This document shows, one piece after another, positions 37,925 through 51,451 of a DNA stretch of 64,000 nucleotides. Position 1 is the first letter of the stretch. The number at the start of each line of letters is the position of its first letter. Below the pieces are notes generated by a model. The model made no database searches and was not told the DNA's origin. It saw only the letters and a list, made by a program, of their open reading frames with translations. A program made the position numbers and the translations under genes. Source of the DNA: Octopus sinensis (lineage: Eukaryota); NCBI RefSeq assembly GCF_006345805.1, contig NC_042998.1:155496001-155560000 (forward strand), read 5' to 3'.

Positions 37925-39622
37925 GGTTGAGAATGGAACAAATAAAGGTTGTATATATAAATACACAATTATGTTGATAGATACACATTTGAAATTGGTT
38001 TTGTTTCATTGGTCCTTTCAACTAACAGCCTTTTCAATAACCAGTTACATGAAATTAAAATTAGAATTTAAAATCATATCATTTCAAATCGAAGAAAACC
38101 TTAAATCAAAAATTAGCTTTAGTAGACGGAAAACAAAACTGTATACCCAGGGTAAATTAATTAATGGTAAAATAAATTGAAATTAATTTTTTAAAATATC
38201 TCCATTTAAAATAAAAACATCTACAAAGAACCAACATCATAAAAATACATATACATTTAGTTATACATACACATACTAAAAAACCTGGACATACATATAC
38301 ACACTAAGCATAAAAACTTTGGTACATGCCTACATACATATACAAACAAATACAGGTAAAACATACATATATAAAAACTAATGCATATATAGATATCTAC
38401 ATACATAACACGTCTCCATGCGTATTTATATTAACAAAGAATCAAATCATCCACTTGTAATTCTTAAGAATCTAGTTAGATCTAGTGCATATCATCCATA
38501 TCTTCAGATGAGACAGCGTTTCAAAATACCATGCCATATTATAATAGTGCATTAAGGAACAGTGGATTCTCAGAGAAGATCCAGTGTAGTCAAACCACTT
38601 CTAGCAATAATAGAACACACAGAACTAGAAAAGTTTTGTGGTTTAATCCAGCAATTAGCAATGCAATGAAAACAAATATAGGTAGGGAATTCTTAAAACT
38701 AGTTTCTAAACATTTTCAAACTAGCCTTAATTTCTATAGAATTTTTAATAGGAGAATGCTGAAAATTAGCTATCTTTGTAGCAAAAACTTCACCTCTTTA
38801 ATTAATCAGAACAACATGAAAATCATTAGAAGCAACCACAGTGCCAAGTTGAACATGAAGAATTGCAATTGCATAGAAAAGAGTTGCTATCCGTCTTGAG
38901 AAATGAATAGTTTATAGAGTTAAAGTACAAATAGATGGCTCACAAGAATAAAAAAAATATACACAGGAGCTTCAGAAAATTTCTTCGAGACTAGGTTTTA
39001 TTCTCATCAAAATTCTTTTCGATACCCCAAAAATAGGACAGCAACAAGTCTTGCAAAACACGTTTAGCAATTGAAGGAAAATGATACCCATCCTTTCAAT
39101 ATCAGCTGAACTATTCTTAGAAATATGCACAGAGACACATTACATTATGTATATATATGTACATAGATACCTATTCGTATGTATATATATATATATATAT
39201 ATATATTCATATGTATTTGTCTTATATGTAGGCATGTACCAACGTTTGTATGTTTAGAGTATATACGTAGCGATTTTTTGGTATGTGTATGTATAACTAA
39301 TGTGTATGTATTTTTATGATGTTCTTTGTAACTGTTTTTATTTTAAAATGGACGTATCTTTTCAATTAATTTAAATTTATTTTACCATTAATTAATTTAC
39401 TCTGGATATACAGGTTTTTCCTTCTACTAAAGCTAATTTTTGATTTAAGGTTTTCTTCAATTTGAAATGATATTTTAAAATTTAATTTTAATTTCATATA
39501 ACTAGTTATTGAAAAGACCATTACTTGAAAGGACCAATGAATCAAAACCAATTTCAAATGTGTATCTATCAACATAATTGTTTATTTATACATATAACCT
39601 TATATTTGTTCCATTTTCAACC

Positions 39623-39660
39623 AAAACTGTCTGATGAATATGAATGTGAAACTGAGTAAT
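39623..39660 (+). ncRNA. Hammerhead copy in the right Penelope arm with the 3' strand of stem I deleted
   Basis: AAAACTGT-CTGATGA-ATATGAATGT-GAAAC-TGA-GTA followed by a deletion of about 16 nt relative to the left arm. Confidence 0.6.
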
Positions 39661-39749
39661 TTGCAACTTTATTAATAAAGCATATTTCTCTACCTCCGGT
39701 ATTCAAATGCTATTTTTTCCACTTTGTTTCACATGTATGCGCTTACTCT

Positions 39750-39792
<43 letters not shown>

Positions 39793-40018
39793 TTATGAAC
39801 AACAGAAATATAAATATATATACAAGTCAGGTATCTGCAATTGAGGCAGTATCTAATTATAAAATAGCCATCCATATCTCATATTAAATAGGACAGTTAC
39901 TGCAGTATTTGCAATGAGATAACAGCAGCAACAACAGTAGCAGCAAAGGCAATGACCAGACTGTTGCTGTTGTAGCCTTAAATGACCAATGAAGAGGCAG
40001 GCTTAACAATATATTTAA

Positions 40019-42631
40019 CCCTTTAGTGTTCAGATTAACTTGTCAAATGTAATGCTTATCTGTTCAGATTAATTTGGATTTATTCAGGTTCAAGTGGGGT
40101 GTCCACAATATTTACTTGTAACTTTGTTAATTTTCTACATACAGATTTGAAACTTTGTAAATGGGTGCTTAAATGCCAGTGGTTTATAATTACGTAATTT
40201 TAGCTGATCTTTCTCACTACATTTGACTTTTATGGGCAGGTAAATTTAATTAACAGGTGTAAAAACAATAACATTATGAATAAACACTAAAATTCATATT
40301 CTTAATACATCTTACCTGTTTGATTTGCTGCTAAAATTATCCCAGATGTCAACGGCCAACAATTTTACATTTTTCAAGATGAGGTACATTAATTTGAATG
40401 AATTAAAATACAGGTGTAATCAGTACAAGATTTTACTCTTTTTCTATATTTCATTCAAACGTCATCATTGAAAAGAAAGTACAAAAACTCTTTTACTAGT
40501 CAATATACCATTGGCTATGCACTCATATACAATTTAATGAATTCATTCACGTAACAGAATGCATCTAATAAAAAAATCTCATTAACAGGTGAGACAAAGG
40601 TGAATACAGGTGTGTAACATACTGAAAATTAATATGTAGTTCTCACTTTCACATATTATATTATAAAATTAAAAGGAATATGTAAAATTATACATTTATG
40701 GCATATTTCTGTCATGAAACTGTCCAAAGCACCCTTTACACAAGGGCACTTGGCAAAACGAACACATGTAGGATGTTTCGATCTGGTACCCTTTCGCAGT
40801 TTTTCTTTTTTGTTGCGAACACAGTCTGCACACTTTTTTTCTTCCATCTATTTTTTCCATTTGATGGAAGTCAACATTTTCTCTGTTGACATCCACCTCA
40901 GTTAATTTTGCTTTTCTCCCAGCTCTGTGCTTTCTAGAAGAAAAGCCCTCACGTAACTGAGATGCAATGTCAACCCGAAATTTCAAGTGGTCGTAGTCTT
41001 TCGGTGGCGGAGGTACTTTGTGGCTTTTTACGTAAACAATGTGGGCATTTACTATAGTTAAATTAACTAAAAACCACAAAATGTACCTCCACCATTTCTT
41101 CCCAGGTCGACCAACTGGGTAATATGCCCGATATTGGTCGGATTTGTCTACGCCACCATATATTTGTTGTAGCAAATATTCACGAGGGGTTTCCCCTCAG
41201 CCCCAACACCAGTTTGTTCATTAGAAGACAGAAATAAAATCTGCCTTTTGTCTTTAAATGCAGTAACTAACAAATTTTGTTTTTGCATTTGCAAAATGTC
41301 CCCTCTTTTTTTTAATTTTGCTTTTATTTCATGGGGTAAACCTTTACGATTTCCCATAACAGTGCTGCACATGTAAGTGCTTACACGTGCAAGATTTTCT
41401 GCCAAAGCCACTGAAGAAAAAAAACGATCGAAATAGAGGTGTCGGTGCTGATGGTGAAAAGGTTGTGTAAGAGACCATACAACATCATGTCCCAATCCAT
41501 GTGGTCTTTTCGCATTATATTTCTTACCTGTGTAAACATCGAAGTTTACACAGTATCCTGTCTCCGATTCACAAACTTCCCATACCTTGATCCCCCATTT
41601 AGTAGGTTTGGCAGGCATGTACTGCCGAAAATGTACTCTGCCCTTAAATCCTATCATCGCTTCATCTACACTGAGATTTTTTCCAGGTAAATAAATAGTT
41701 TTATAATTATGTACGAGTAAATCGATTACCGGACGTACTTTGTACAGGGGATCGTAGTTTGGGTCGTTTTTGTTGGGAGCATTGGAAGAATCAGTCAAAT
41801 GCAAATACTGAGATATTTTCGAATACCTCATCTTCGACATGATGCTTGAAATATATGGATCGCCATACCTTACATCGGGACTCCAATAGTTCCACAGTCG
41901 AGGAAGCTGTCTGACTCCAAACATAATGTTGATCGTAAAAAATGCTCTTATTTCCGCAGTATTTGTTGGCAGCCATAGCGGATCGCTCCTTCCACGAACA
42001 GAAATTAAATGTTGGGCATATTTGTTCGTTTGCTCCGCAACATTTTCAAAAAAACTTTGAGGCAAAAATAAAAATAGATAATCCAGTGGTTGAGCATCAG
42101 GAGGTAAATCATGTTGTGGACCAGTGTTTTCTGTAAAATCAGAAATTGTTACTGGTGTCGTAATTTTCGACCATGTTGCCTTGTTTACACTATCGTTTTC
42201 ATCACTTTCATTTTCTTCACTTTCGTCATCGAAATTTTCTTCGTCCGACGAATAATCGCTGATATCAATATCAGACTCATTCCAAGTCAAAAGACTTTTG
42301 TTTTCGTTGATATCTTCAACATCATCAATGGTAAAGCCTTCAAAATCGGAATCGCTACTTGCTGACGCCATTTTTTTCACAACAAACGTATAGTTCTCTT
42401 CACACGTGGAAATAACCATGTGGTCGAAACAATTTCACAGTATTTATACTTGAATAAAGGCGGGAAAGGCTTCATCTCGCATTATCTCAAAGCTACGAGA
42501 ATTTAATAACGTGATTTGTTTATTTTTTTAGCGATTTCGTAGAGTGGTCATTTACGGCCGGATTTGGCCGGTTTGAACAAATAAAGGGGAATTAATTCTG
42601 GCCGGATATGGCCGGTTTGAACACTAAAGGG
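40019..42631 (-). mobile_element. Full-length piggyBac, 2613 bp
   Basis: TTAA TSDs at 40015-40018 and 42632-42635; perfect 14-bp TIR CCCTTTAGTGTTCA. Confidence 0.97.
40696..42371 (-). pseudogene. piggyBac transposase (PGBD4-like), 558 aa if one G is restored near 41156
   Basis: SVDEAM, YFDRFF, GGVDKSDQ catalytic motifs; C-terminal CxxC..CxxC..C..C..H domain; one frameshift only. Confidence 0.93.
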
Positions 42632-43812
42632 TTAAACAAATGGATAAGAGAAGGAAGGAGTCATGGGGAGAATAAATAATGGATCTACAATGGTCTACCA
42701 TATTACAGAAAAACAATCGAAAATAAGTTAAAAAACAGTACCACAAGATCTGACCTCTCTGTTAGAATAATTAGACAGGCCCACACAACACTACTACCAA
42801 TGACACACCAATCAGAATGACCCAACCAATCGACAGTATCTGGCTGTGTTTAAGATCAAACACAGTATATCAAATGTCATGTTCTAGTGGAGTAACAAAC
42901 ACAGTATCATCCATAAAACACCTTTACCATAGAGTAAACAAGCATTTCTACAAGGCCACACCACCAACTCTGTAAAGTTGGATTTATTCACCCAAATGCA
43001 AGCAAATTGATGGATACTGTCAACCTCAGGATTACAAAGGAACACTTCATTAGGAGAAAAAACATCAAGCCTGAACCACCATAATGAGCTAGATACATAG
43101 AAATATATTTACTGCCTCCAGAAGTATCAATTGGCACAAGCAAACATTAAGGAAATTAAGTAATTAAAAAAAAATCTGATAAAGAATCTTCAAAGAGCTC
43201 ACAACAAAAACTATCACCAAGCAATAAGGATTGCTCCAGGTTACATGCCATATGTAGGGTAATCTATCTACTTTTATATCCTTAAACCTTTTAGAGAAAA
43301 TTTAACTCCTTTATACTTTCTTGTACTTTACTACCCATTATTGTCTTCTGTTTCATTTCGTCTTCCTCACCCTCCCCTACTAATGGCACTATCTGGTTAT
43401 CTTATTACCTTATGAATACAATTCTTATCCTAGTTCTCAACCACCAGCAATATATTTTCGTTGTGCAACTGCTTCTAACTTGCAACTTGATTGAGGGTTT
43501 ATGTATGTTATTTGGCCTATTGCCTATAAAGATCAGGATGACACTTATGAGACCTTTCCAAAGTACTCTCAGGCCAATGATATATAGGCATCTTATTACA
43601 AAACATAAGAGGTCCAAGAGAATTATAATGCTGCCCAGGATCACCAGCTGTTAAAGAAAAGTATACACATCATATCAACAGCACACACAACTAAAGATAA
43701 CATGGAATATTGCACTTTCATACAATGTTGATGTAGTACATATTCATGACAAGTTCACCAGTTACATGCAAAGCAACAATGAAAATTATCAATATAACAG
43801 ATACACACTTAC

Positions 43813-43953
43813 AGTTTCTACAGTACTTTGTAAAATATCTTTGAAATTTGTAAGATTAGCCAACATAGAATCTCTAGATTCTTTTGGGTTGCTATCAGGT
43901 GAATCACTGAGATGCTCTCTTTCACAAATGGGGGATGGTAAAAAATCACCAAC
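43813..43953 (-). CDS. Host exon, 141 nt, phase 0 to 0: VGDFLPSPICEREHLSDSPDSNPKESRDSMLANLTNFKDILQSTVET
   Basis: acceptor attacttttag, donor ACT|gtaagt; open frame. Confidence 0.82.
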
Positions 43954-43985
43954 CTAAAAGTAATATTCATTATTTTAGAATTAAA

Positions 43986-44042
<57 letters not shown>

Positions 44043-44242
44043 GAGGTTTTGACTTAAAGCAGCAGATATGTAGGAAGGTAAATTAGTGAATAATTTTGAA
44101 TAGGTTAGAAACTGAGTTGATAAAATCGAAAGAAACACAACTTAAGAACCAATGAAAATGATAGTTAATAAAGTGTAAAGTTTTTACTGAATATAATTTA
44201 AGAATGTTAGAAGAAAATACTAAGAATACTTATTTCACTCAC

Positions 44243-44396
44243 CATTCCTTTTAACTCACTACTAAGAGTGTTATTAGACTGGTTGAATGAAACATCACTA
44301 TGTACTTTAACAGTAATATTTTTTTGTTGATGAATGTCCATATCTTCTTCAATGACAACAGGCAAAATTGGGCAGGGTAGACCCTCAGGAAATTTA
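44243..44396 (-). CDS. Host exon, 154 nt, phase 2 to 0: (S)KFPEGLPCPILPVVIEEDMDIHQQKNITVKVHSDVSFNQSNNTLSSELKGM
   Basis: acceptor ttctttaattctatacatcag, donor ATG|gtgagt; supplies the phase needed between exons 50391 and 43953. Confidence 0.82.
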
Positions 44397-44469
44397 CTGA
44401 TGTATAGAATTAAAGAAAACTTTTTAACAACTTTATATTACTAAACATATTAGTAATTATTATGTTTAT

Positions 44470-45170
44470 TCATCATCATCATTGTTTAACGCCCGCTTTC
44501 TATGCGGACAGGGGATGGACGATTTGACTGAGGACTGGCAAGCCGGGAGGCTGCACCAGGCTCCAATCTGATTTGGCAAGGTTTCTACAGCTGGATGCTC
44601 TTCCTAACACCAACCACTCCAAGAGTGTAGTAGGTGCTTTTTATGTGCTACCGGCATGAGAGCCAGTCAGGCAGCACTGGCATTGACCACACTCAAATGG
44701 TGCTTTTACGTCACCTACATGGGTGCCAGTCAGGCAGCACCAGTCATGCTCAAATGGTGCTTTTTACATGCCACCAGCACAGGTGCCAGTCAGGTGGTAC
44801 CGGCATCGGTCACACTGTGTAGCATGGTAGTACACACACATGCATCATACAGTCTACCTTTCACTCTGAGCGAGAGACCCTTTGTTACCAGCAGAAGTAG
44901 AGCTCTCTGAACTTTGCCCAGGCTAGTCTTATTCTAGCAGCTATGCTCACAGAGCATCCAGCCCCACTACTGACTTGGTCACCTAGGTAGTGGAAGCTAT
45001 CAACTAATTCTAGTTTTTTCCCCTGGCATGTGATGAAACCTGTTTTCTGTACAGCTTCAGTGTTTATTGCACCTGTGCATCTGCTACACACAAAAACTAT
45101 CTTCTCAGTTAATCTTCCTTTGATATTGCTGTCCACAACATCTTTATAACATTGCTCTCCATAACATGTG
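44470..45170 (-). mobile_element. RTE family B fragment: part of the PHD region, 3' UTR and tail
   Basis: KGRLTEKIVFVCSRC..FHYLGDQVSSG..AWAKFREL; (ATG)n tail. Confidence 0.8.
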
Positions 45171-45499
45171 TCCATAACATTTCCAGTCATTTATTTAAAT
45201 TTACTCTGCTAACTCATTAAATTCAATTACATACAATAGATGGGTTTTAATATTTAAATTTGCTAATTTTCCAAGACTTTAATTCTTGTGTATGAGGGGC
45301 CCACTGAATTTAAAGTGCCCTGGGACCCCAATTCTGGAGGCAGAGTGTTTCAAAAGGCCAATAATAGCTGCAGAAATATGGATATGATGATAGGCTGCAT
45401 AGGAAACAGATTGTCTGGTTTGGACGGTCTAACCTACAAGCTTTACTTTCATATGCCAGACTTGTTTGGTGGCCTCTTAACAAATATTTACTACAAATG

Positions 45500-46500
45500 A
45501 TAGCAGAATAGAAGAATCCCAGTTCTGTGAGTTGAAGAGCAGTGATACTACTAAGAAAGGACCTAAACATGAGTTATCAAACAGAAAATTTTAGGCCTAC
45601 AATGCTACTGAATGCAGATTTCAGAATTTTGGCCAAGGTATTAGTGAAGAGGTTGTCACTTGTCATCAAGGAACTAACTGGAGATGCACAAACATGAACC
45701 ATCCTAGGCACATCTATATACAACAACCTTCACCTCATGCAATACCTCATAGACAATGTGGATAAAAAAGCTGTCATGGGTGAGGCCCTGATCAATTTGA
45801 ATGGCAGCTAGTTTCAAATCTGTTTTCAATAGCTGGATTACTACTATGTATAGAGACATCTTTTCAGTAGTTCAGGTGAATGGTTACTTATCAGAACAAT
45901 TGTCCCCTCTCATCTCTTTTGTATGTGCTGGCTCTAGAGCTACTATTGCAGAAATTGGAGGTATTGAGAGGTATCCCACGTGAACTAGGACATGGGAGAA
46001 CCATGTTGGCATATGCAGACATCACTGTCATAGTGTCGAACACCAGGCACATAGACCTGATTGGCACTACTCTAAAAGAGCAGTGCAGTGGTGACAGGAG
46101 CAAAATTAATCAAGGAAAGTCAGAAGGCTTGCAGCTTGGCACCTGGAGAGGCAGGTCCATGTTGTCCAATAATGTCATGGGATGCTAGTCAGAGGGGTCA
46201 GTTAAATTACTTGGAACCTAGTTTAGTCTGGATCTCCAGGTGGAGAACTAGGATGAGGTGACGAGTAAGGTGGCCAATCTCTTCCAGATATAGACCAAGA
46301 GAAAACTGTCCATGAAAGGCCAGGGCAGAGGCCATGAATGCATACATCGCCTCTCATATAATACTGCCTGACCATCATACCTTGTTCCAGTATGGTCAAA
46401 ATGGGAGAGCATACTCTTCTGCTTTCTATGGAGGGGACGCATTCTATTGGTCAGGCACTCCATTCGTTGTCAATACCTGCTGAATGGAGAACAGAGGATG
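45500..46500 (+). mobile_element. Decayed L1/Tx1-type LINE RT
   Basis: NFRPTMLLNADFRILAKVL, CPLSSLLYVLALE, AYADI, KINQGKSEGL. Confidence 0.7.
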
Positions 46501-47254
46501 CTATGGCTGCTGATGAACAGGCAATATTTATTTGTCTGGTGATCTTAGCAAAAGAGGTTGTGTAATGGACCAGATTAAAAGAACTGAAGACAAATACTTT
46601 CTCCTTTGGCCAAGCCCTTATCAACTTTTTCAAGTTTCACTTGAAAAGGAAGGTGAGTGTAGAGGGTGAAGTCCTGCTTCCCAGCAATTTTATGAAAAGG
46701 TGGGTGAATGTTACAAGAATGGTCCAAGTGAATGGGAATACTCTAAGCATGCACCAATAGATTGAAGGAAGACAATATTGGGAGGGAACTTGCCTTAGTG
46801 GTCAAGGCAGCTGTAGTTTTGTGGTGTTTCCAGGAGCAGCCCTAGGAAGCCTCCCCCTTTTGCAGAATTTTTCATTGTTAGAATCTGTATTATCACTTTT
46901 ATTGTTTACATGTTTCTGTCTATGTAACCCCAAATTGTACTGTCCTGTACCATCCTCAGTGTCTTTTTGTGAACCATTAGTGGTAAATATAGAAATTATT
47001 ATTATTATTAAGGTGGCAAGCTGGCAGAATCCTCACTTCCTTCTACTGACCACTAACATGTCCTCATCTCCTACTCTCTCAGATAATAAAAATATGATAT
47101 AGCATATATGCATAAGTTACTACTTAATAACATTAGGAATCTTTACATACTTAAAGTATTCACTGATAATAGTTTGAATGGCACATATAACATGACCAAC
47201 TGTTGGAGAATGAATGATGGTAAGTTTCATGAAAGGGAAAAAATTCAAAGAGTT

Positions 47255-48630
47255 ACTACTGCTGCTGGCAACAAAGGTTTTTTTCCTTCAGAGTGAAGGG
47301 TGGATTGTATGATACTTGTGTTAGAACTGCAATGATGCATGGTAGTGAGGCATGAGCCTTGCTTGCAAAGGACAGAAGAAGATGTGCAATGTAAGTATGC
47401 ATGAATGACAGTATAAATGTACTGAGAAAAAACTGAGAAAAAGCGGAATGAGATGTAGAATGTATGAAAGAAGGCTGCATTGGTATGGACATGTGAAGCA
47501 TATGGATGAGGACAGTTGTATAAAAATGTGCCAATTATTTAATGCAGTGGGAACTTGGAGACAAGTGAGACCCAGGAAGACAGAGAATGAAGTGGTGAAG
47601 GCTGGCCTTAGAACCCTGAACCTCAAGGAAGAGAGGACACAGGATTGAGGTGTCTGCTAATATGAGGTTCTTGAGAAGACCCACCCACTTATGTAAAACT
47701 GACCTGGAAACACAAAGAGGCACCTTGCCAAGTCTCCTCCTCCTTTCTTCCTCCACCACATCATCTCTTTCCCCTTAATACCATTCTATTTTTTTAAGCT
47801 ACCTAAAACCATCTCATTTATCAGCCATTACCCACACATTACATTGATCATCTTCCCACTGAAACAACAAATTATCTCACCACATGCACTACATGTCTCT
47901 CTCCCCTTAATCCTGCGGCTTACCCAAACACGACATGTCTCATCCTCCCTCTGTCGATTGTATCATCATTACTTCTACTATTACTATCTTGCTACTGCCA
48001 CCACCTCGTCTACATCCCTCTATCTTCCTCAATTCATGCATCACGTGTCATCCTTCTTCACCTTTACCCCTCACACCCTACATCCCTTTGACCCTACTTT
48101 ATCTTTACAGTCATTATCTATCTTCCATTTCTCCATTCTTTGCCCCCACCTTACACTCTTTGCAACTCTCCACTCACCTACACTTCAAGTTTCTCTGTCC
48201 CACTCACTTCTATACACTTCATACCTTGAAAAGTTACCTGGACACCTCCTCACTACTATCTACATTTATCTTTGTAGTTCCTACTGAGAATTCTCACCCT
48301 TTCTACTAAATGTGACTAGCCATGCAGCTCCTTTACAAGAAGCTATTCACTTCCCACTTAAACATTAACCCCCTCATCTTCAAGTATAAAGCTGCCTATC
48401 CCATCTTGGGTTTCATAGTATTGCAACTAGCAAGGTGACCTAACTAGTGCTGGTGGCATGAAAAAGTACCTACTATACACTGAAAAGTGGTTGGCATTAG
48501 GCAAGACATTCAACTGTAGAAATCATACCAAAGCAGACACTGGAGCACCATGCAATCCTTAGATCAGTTGGATGCTGTCAAACTATCCAACCAATGCCAG
48601 CATTGAACATGAACATTAAATGATGATGAT
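47255..48630 (+). mobile_element. Old RTE family B 3' fragment with a CT-rich interruption (about 47730-48300)
   Basis: ERRLHWYGHVKHMDEDSC; tail CCAGCATTGAACATGAACATTAAA(TGA)n. Confidence 0.75.
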
Positions 48631-49849
48631 GATATATTTGTGATTCTAGACTGGCAAGTCGAAAATGAAAAAAAAACTCATACACTGGGATATAGAGACA
48701 GAAGGGAAACTACTAGTTTCAAATCTATAAATGTGGAAAACATTTTGGTCTTCTGTCAGATTGACAAACCTGTCCCTATTATAGAAAAAGGTCTTCAAAA
48801 ATGACTGTTACAGCAGTCCACCATATTCCTGGTTTAGGACCAAGGAGTTATCTCCTTTGTCACTTATGGTTCATGCATATACAGAGATAATCTTACACAC
48901 CTACATACAGAGACTTTCATTGTACTATGAGAAATAATGGTCCAAGAAGAGGAGAGAGGAGAAAGAGCAAAGAATTGCAGGAAAGAGGAAAAGAGAGGAG
49001 AGAAACAGAAAATTTGGAAAAATACTAAACATTTTAGGAGAAGAAACTCAGCTAAGAAAAATATTTAAAATTACATTTTAAAAATATATAATATATATAA
49101 ATGTAACACCTAAGTTGGGCCAAAATTTTATTCAGAAAATATTAAACGTTATTCCTGAATGAAAGTAGGCCTATAGTGATTTTTCTAGTGCCTAAGTGTG
49201 AATTTTCTCTTATGTATGCAAGAGCTGAAGGTCTTTATTTTGGCATAACGCTATAAACCTGGTTTACAAAATTTCGTTAGAAATATGTTCTCTTCTATTC
49301 AGAGCTTCCATCTCTTATCAAGCATTTATGTATGAGCTGGATTTTCAACAATCTTCCACAGTGCAATTTTCATTTAACTGCTAGATGTAGCAGTGTATGC
49401 TTTATAATGATTCCAATTTTTGGTGTTTCTGATTAGAGCAATGTAGTTGTGAAATCTCTGCTTGAAGAATCTTTCAATTAATTGGTATATTGTTTTAGAT
49501 TAGGGTTGTGGTTCAAAGTCATGGGTCTAACCACTGCTTCATAAATAATGATCCAGTCAGCAAGTACACTATGGAGTTTCTATATGTACATTCAAGCCTC
49601 AATAATCAGACAGAATTTAACAGAATTGTTAAGCTCATGTTTAAAGTGCAGCTATATTTGATTGTAACTGTATGTCTACTGAACAATTTTCTGTATTTGT
49701 GTTCTAGGAAGAAACGTTTAACTATTAAATTTAGGAAGATCATACTCATATCAAACTATTATTAATGATTATATAGTTTGCTAAATTGAACAGAAATTAA
49801 TTGTTAAATTTTGTTTAAATTAAAATTCTTACTTTTTGTTTTAGACTGC

Positions 49850-50110
49850 AATGATGCCAGAGCACTATCTTGAAAGGTTTGTCAAACAAATTGACACCAG
49901 TAGTTATTTTTTAAAGCCTGGTATATTAAACTCTTTCTGAACTGCTAATTTATGGAGATATAAACAAATCAACACCATTTGTCAAATAGTTGGGAACAAA
50001 CACATATATACACACACACATATATATCACAGGCATCTCTTGGTTTCTCTCAAACAAATCCATGTGGTTAGGAAGCAAACTTCTTACCCCATTGCCATGC
50101 CTGCACCTTA
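49850..50110 (-). mobile_element. Degenerate SINE
   Basis: weak colinearity with the 15772 family (GTCAAACAAATTGAC, TGTGGTTAGGAAGCAAACTTCTTACC). Confidence 0.55.
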
Positions 50111-50390
50111 AAAATATATTTTCTATATATGGATTTCTATATTCTGACTATAATTAAAATGAAATTGGGTGTCAATTACTGGTTTACATTTTAGTTTAAA
50201 TTGATTTGATTCAAAGATTAGTTAAACAACTCATTAGCTGAAATGAAATCATCAGACTAAAGTAAAATTCTAAATATATTAAAGAAATTATTGTGAATTA
50301 TAAGAACCAAATAATGCTATCAATATCATCAACAGATGAACTTTTGGATTGATTTTATTCAACTCATTTTTTGTCAAAATGAATATTTAC

Positions 50391-50452
50391 CTTTTATCTT
50401 CTTTTAGTTGGATTATTTGGGCAACAAGGTCAAAATTAGTTGTTTGAAGCTC
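50391..50452 (-). CDS. Host exon, 62 nt, phase 0 to 2: ELQTTNFDLVAQIIQLKEDK
   Basis: acceptor tatttattttcag, donor AAG|gtaaat. Confidence 0.82.
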
Positions 50453-50649
50453 CTGAAAATAAATACCAATTTAAAATTATCAATGAGCAATAATACTATC
50501 TCAATAATCATAAATGTTAAACAATTGTTAAACAATTTAAATTTTATCAATTCAATTTATAATCAAAGAAATTATTTCTAACAATAATTACAATAAAGAA
50601 TTCACATTTCAAAAATTTCAATTTATAAAAATTAAACTAATCCACAAAC

Positions 50650-50709
50650 TTTATTTGTTTTCTTCAGTAGTGTCATATTTTCCCCAGCTTTATTAAGTTC
50701 AGTTTTCAA
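50650..50709 (-). CDS. Host exon, 60 nt, phase 0 to 0: LKTELNKAGENMTLLKKTNK
   Basis: acceptor ttgttttgttacag, donor AAA|gtttgt. Confidence 0.78.
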
Positions 50710-51451
50710 CTGTAACAAAACAATCAGAAAGTAGACAAAATTTCTTTTTAATTTATATTTAAAAAAGTGAAGAAATATATAAAGTTTTCTAGTTATATGA
50801 AAGCTATGAGATTTCCAAGAATAGAATTCATGTGACCATTTATGCATAATATAAAAAGTAAATTGTTCACATTAAACTACATATCTATTTATAAGAATAT
50901 TGTTGCAATTATCAATGAAAATATCAGAATTTGCAGGCTTATCAAGAGAATCACAAATTGTATAAGAGATAATGAGAAATAAATATAATAATCAACATAA
51001 TACAACATGTACACAAAAGATATTCTGAAAGACACAGAACAAAAATGTAAATTTTCAAATATAAAAAGGTAAACATACATCCTTTTTGCTATACTATAAA
51101 ACCTTTTTGAAAATTTCAGCTACAAAACTGGCTATCAAATAATTCCAGCACTAGTAATCCTGACCAAGTCTATATCAGTGTTATAATCGTATATCCTGGT
51201 CTAGACAACCTATCTTCAACATCAACATGACACCACTATTAAATTGACCAACATTAATGTCATTATGGTGATGCAGCAGTCTGACCTCTACAAGGCTGAA
51301 ACACTTCAGCAATTCTTTGACATCTTGTTCTTCCTTATATTTCCCAAAGATCATAAGAGTACAACCAACAATTTGTGCTTATCACCATTTGCCAACTAAT
51401 CTTCTCTCTTTCCTTCCAAAGCTACCAACCTCATTCTCTGCACACTATATA

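Larger units (their letters stand above)
37852..39682 (+). mobile_element. Penelope-like fragment (about 38440-39125) flanked by inverted pseudo-LTR arms of about 570 bp
   Basis: VLWFNPAIS..KTNIGREFLKL..RIFNRR..CNC; IYTGASENFFETRFYSH; arms 37852-38428 and 39121-39682 give near-identical spurious translations in the ORF track. Confidence 0.85.

Noticed and set aside
42640-43660. Unique-looking, slightly coding-like sequence
   Set aside because: No recognisable motif or sustained frame
48684-48769. Open exon candidate, phase 2 to 1
   Set aside because: Weak acceptor, and exon 44243-44396 already satisfies the phase chain without it
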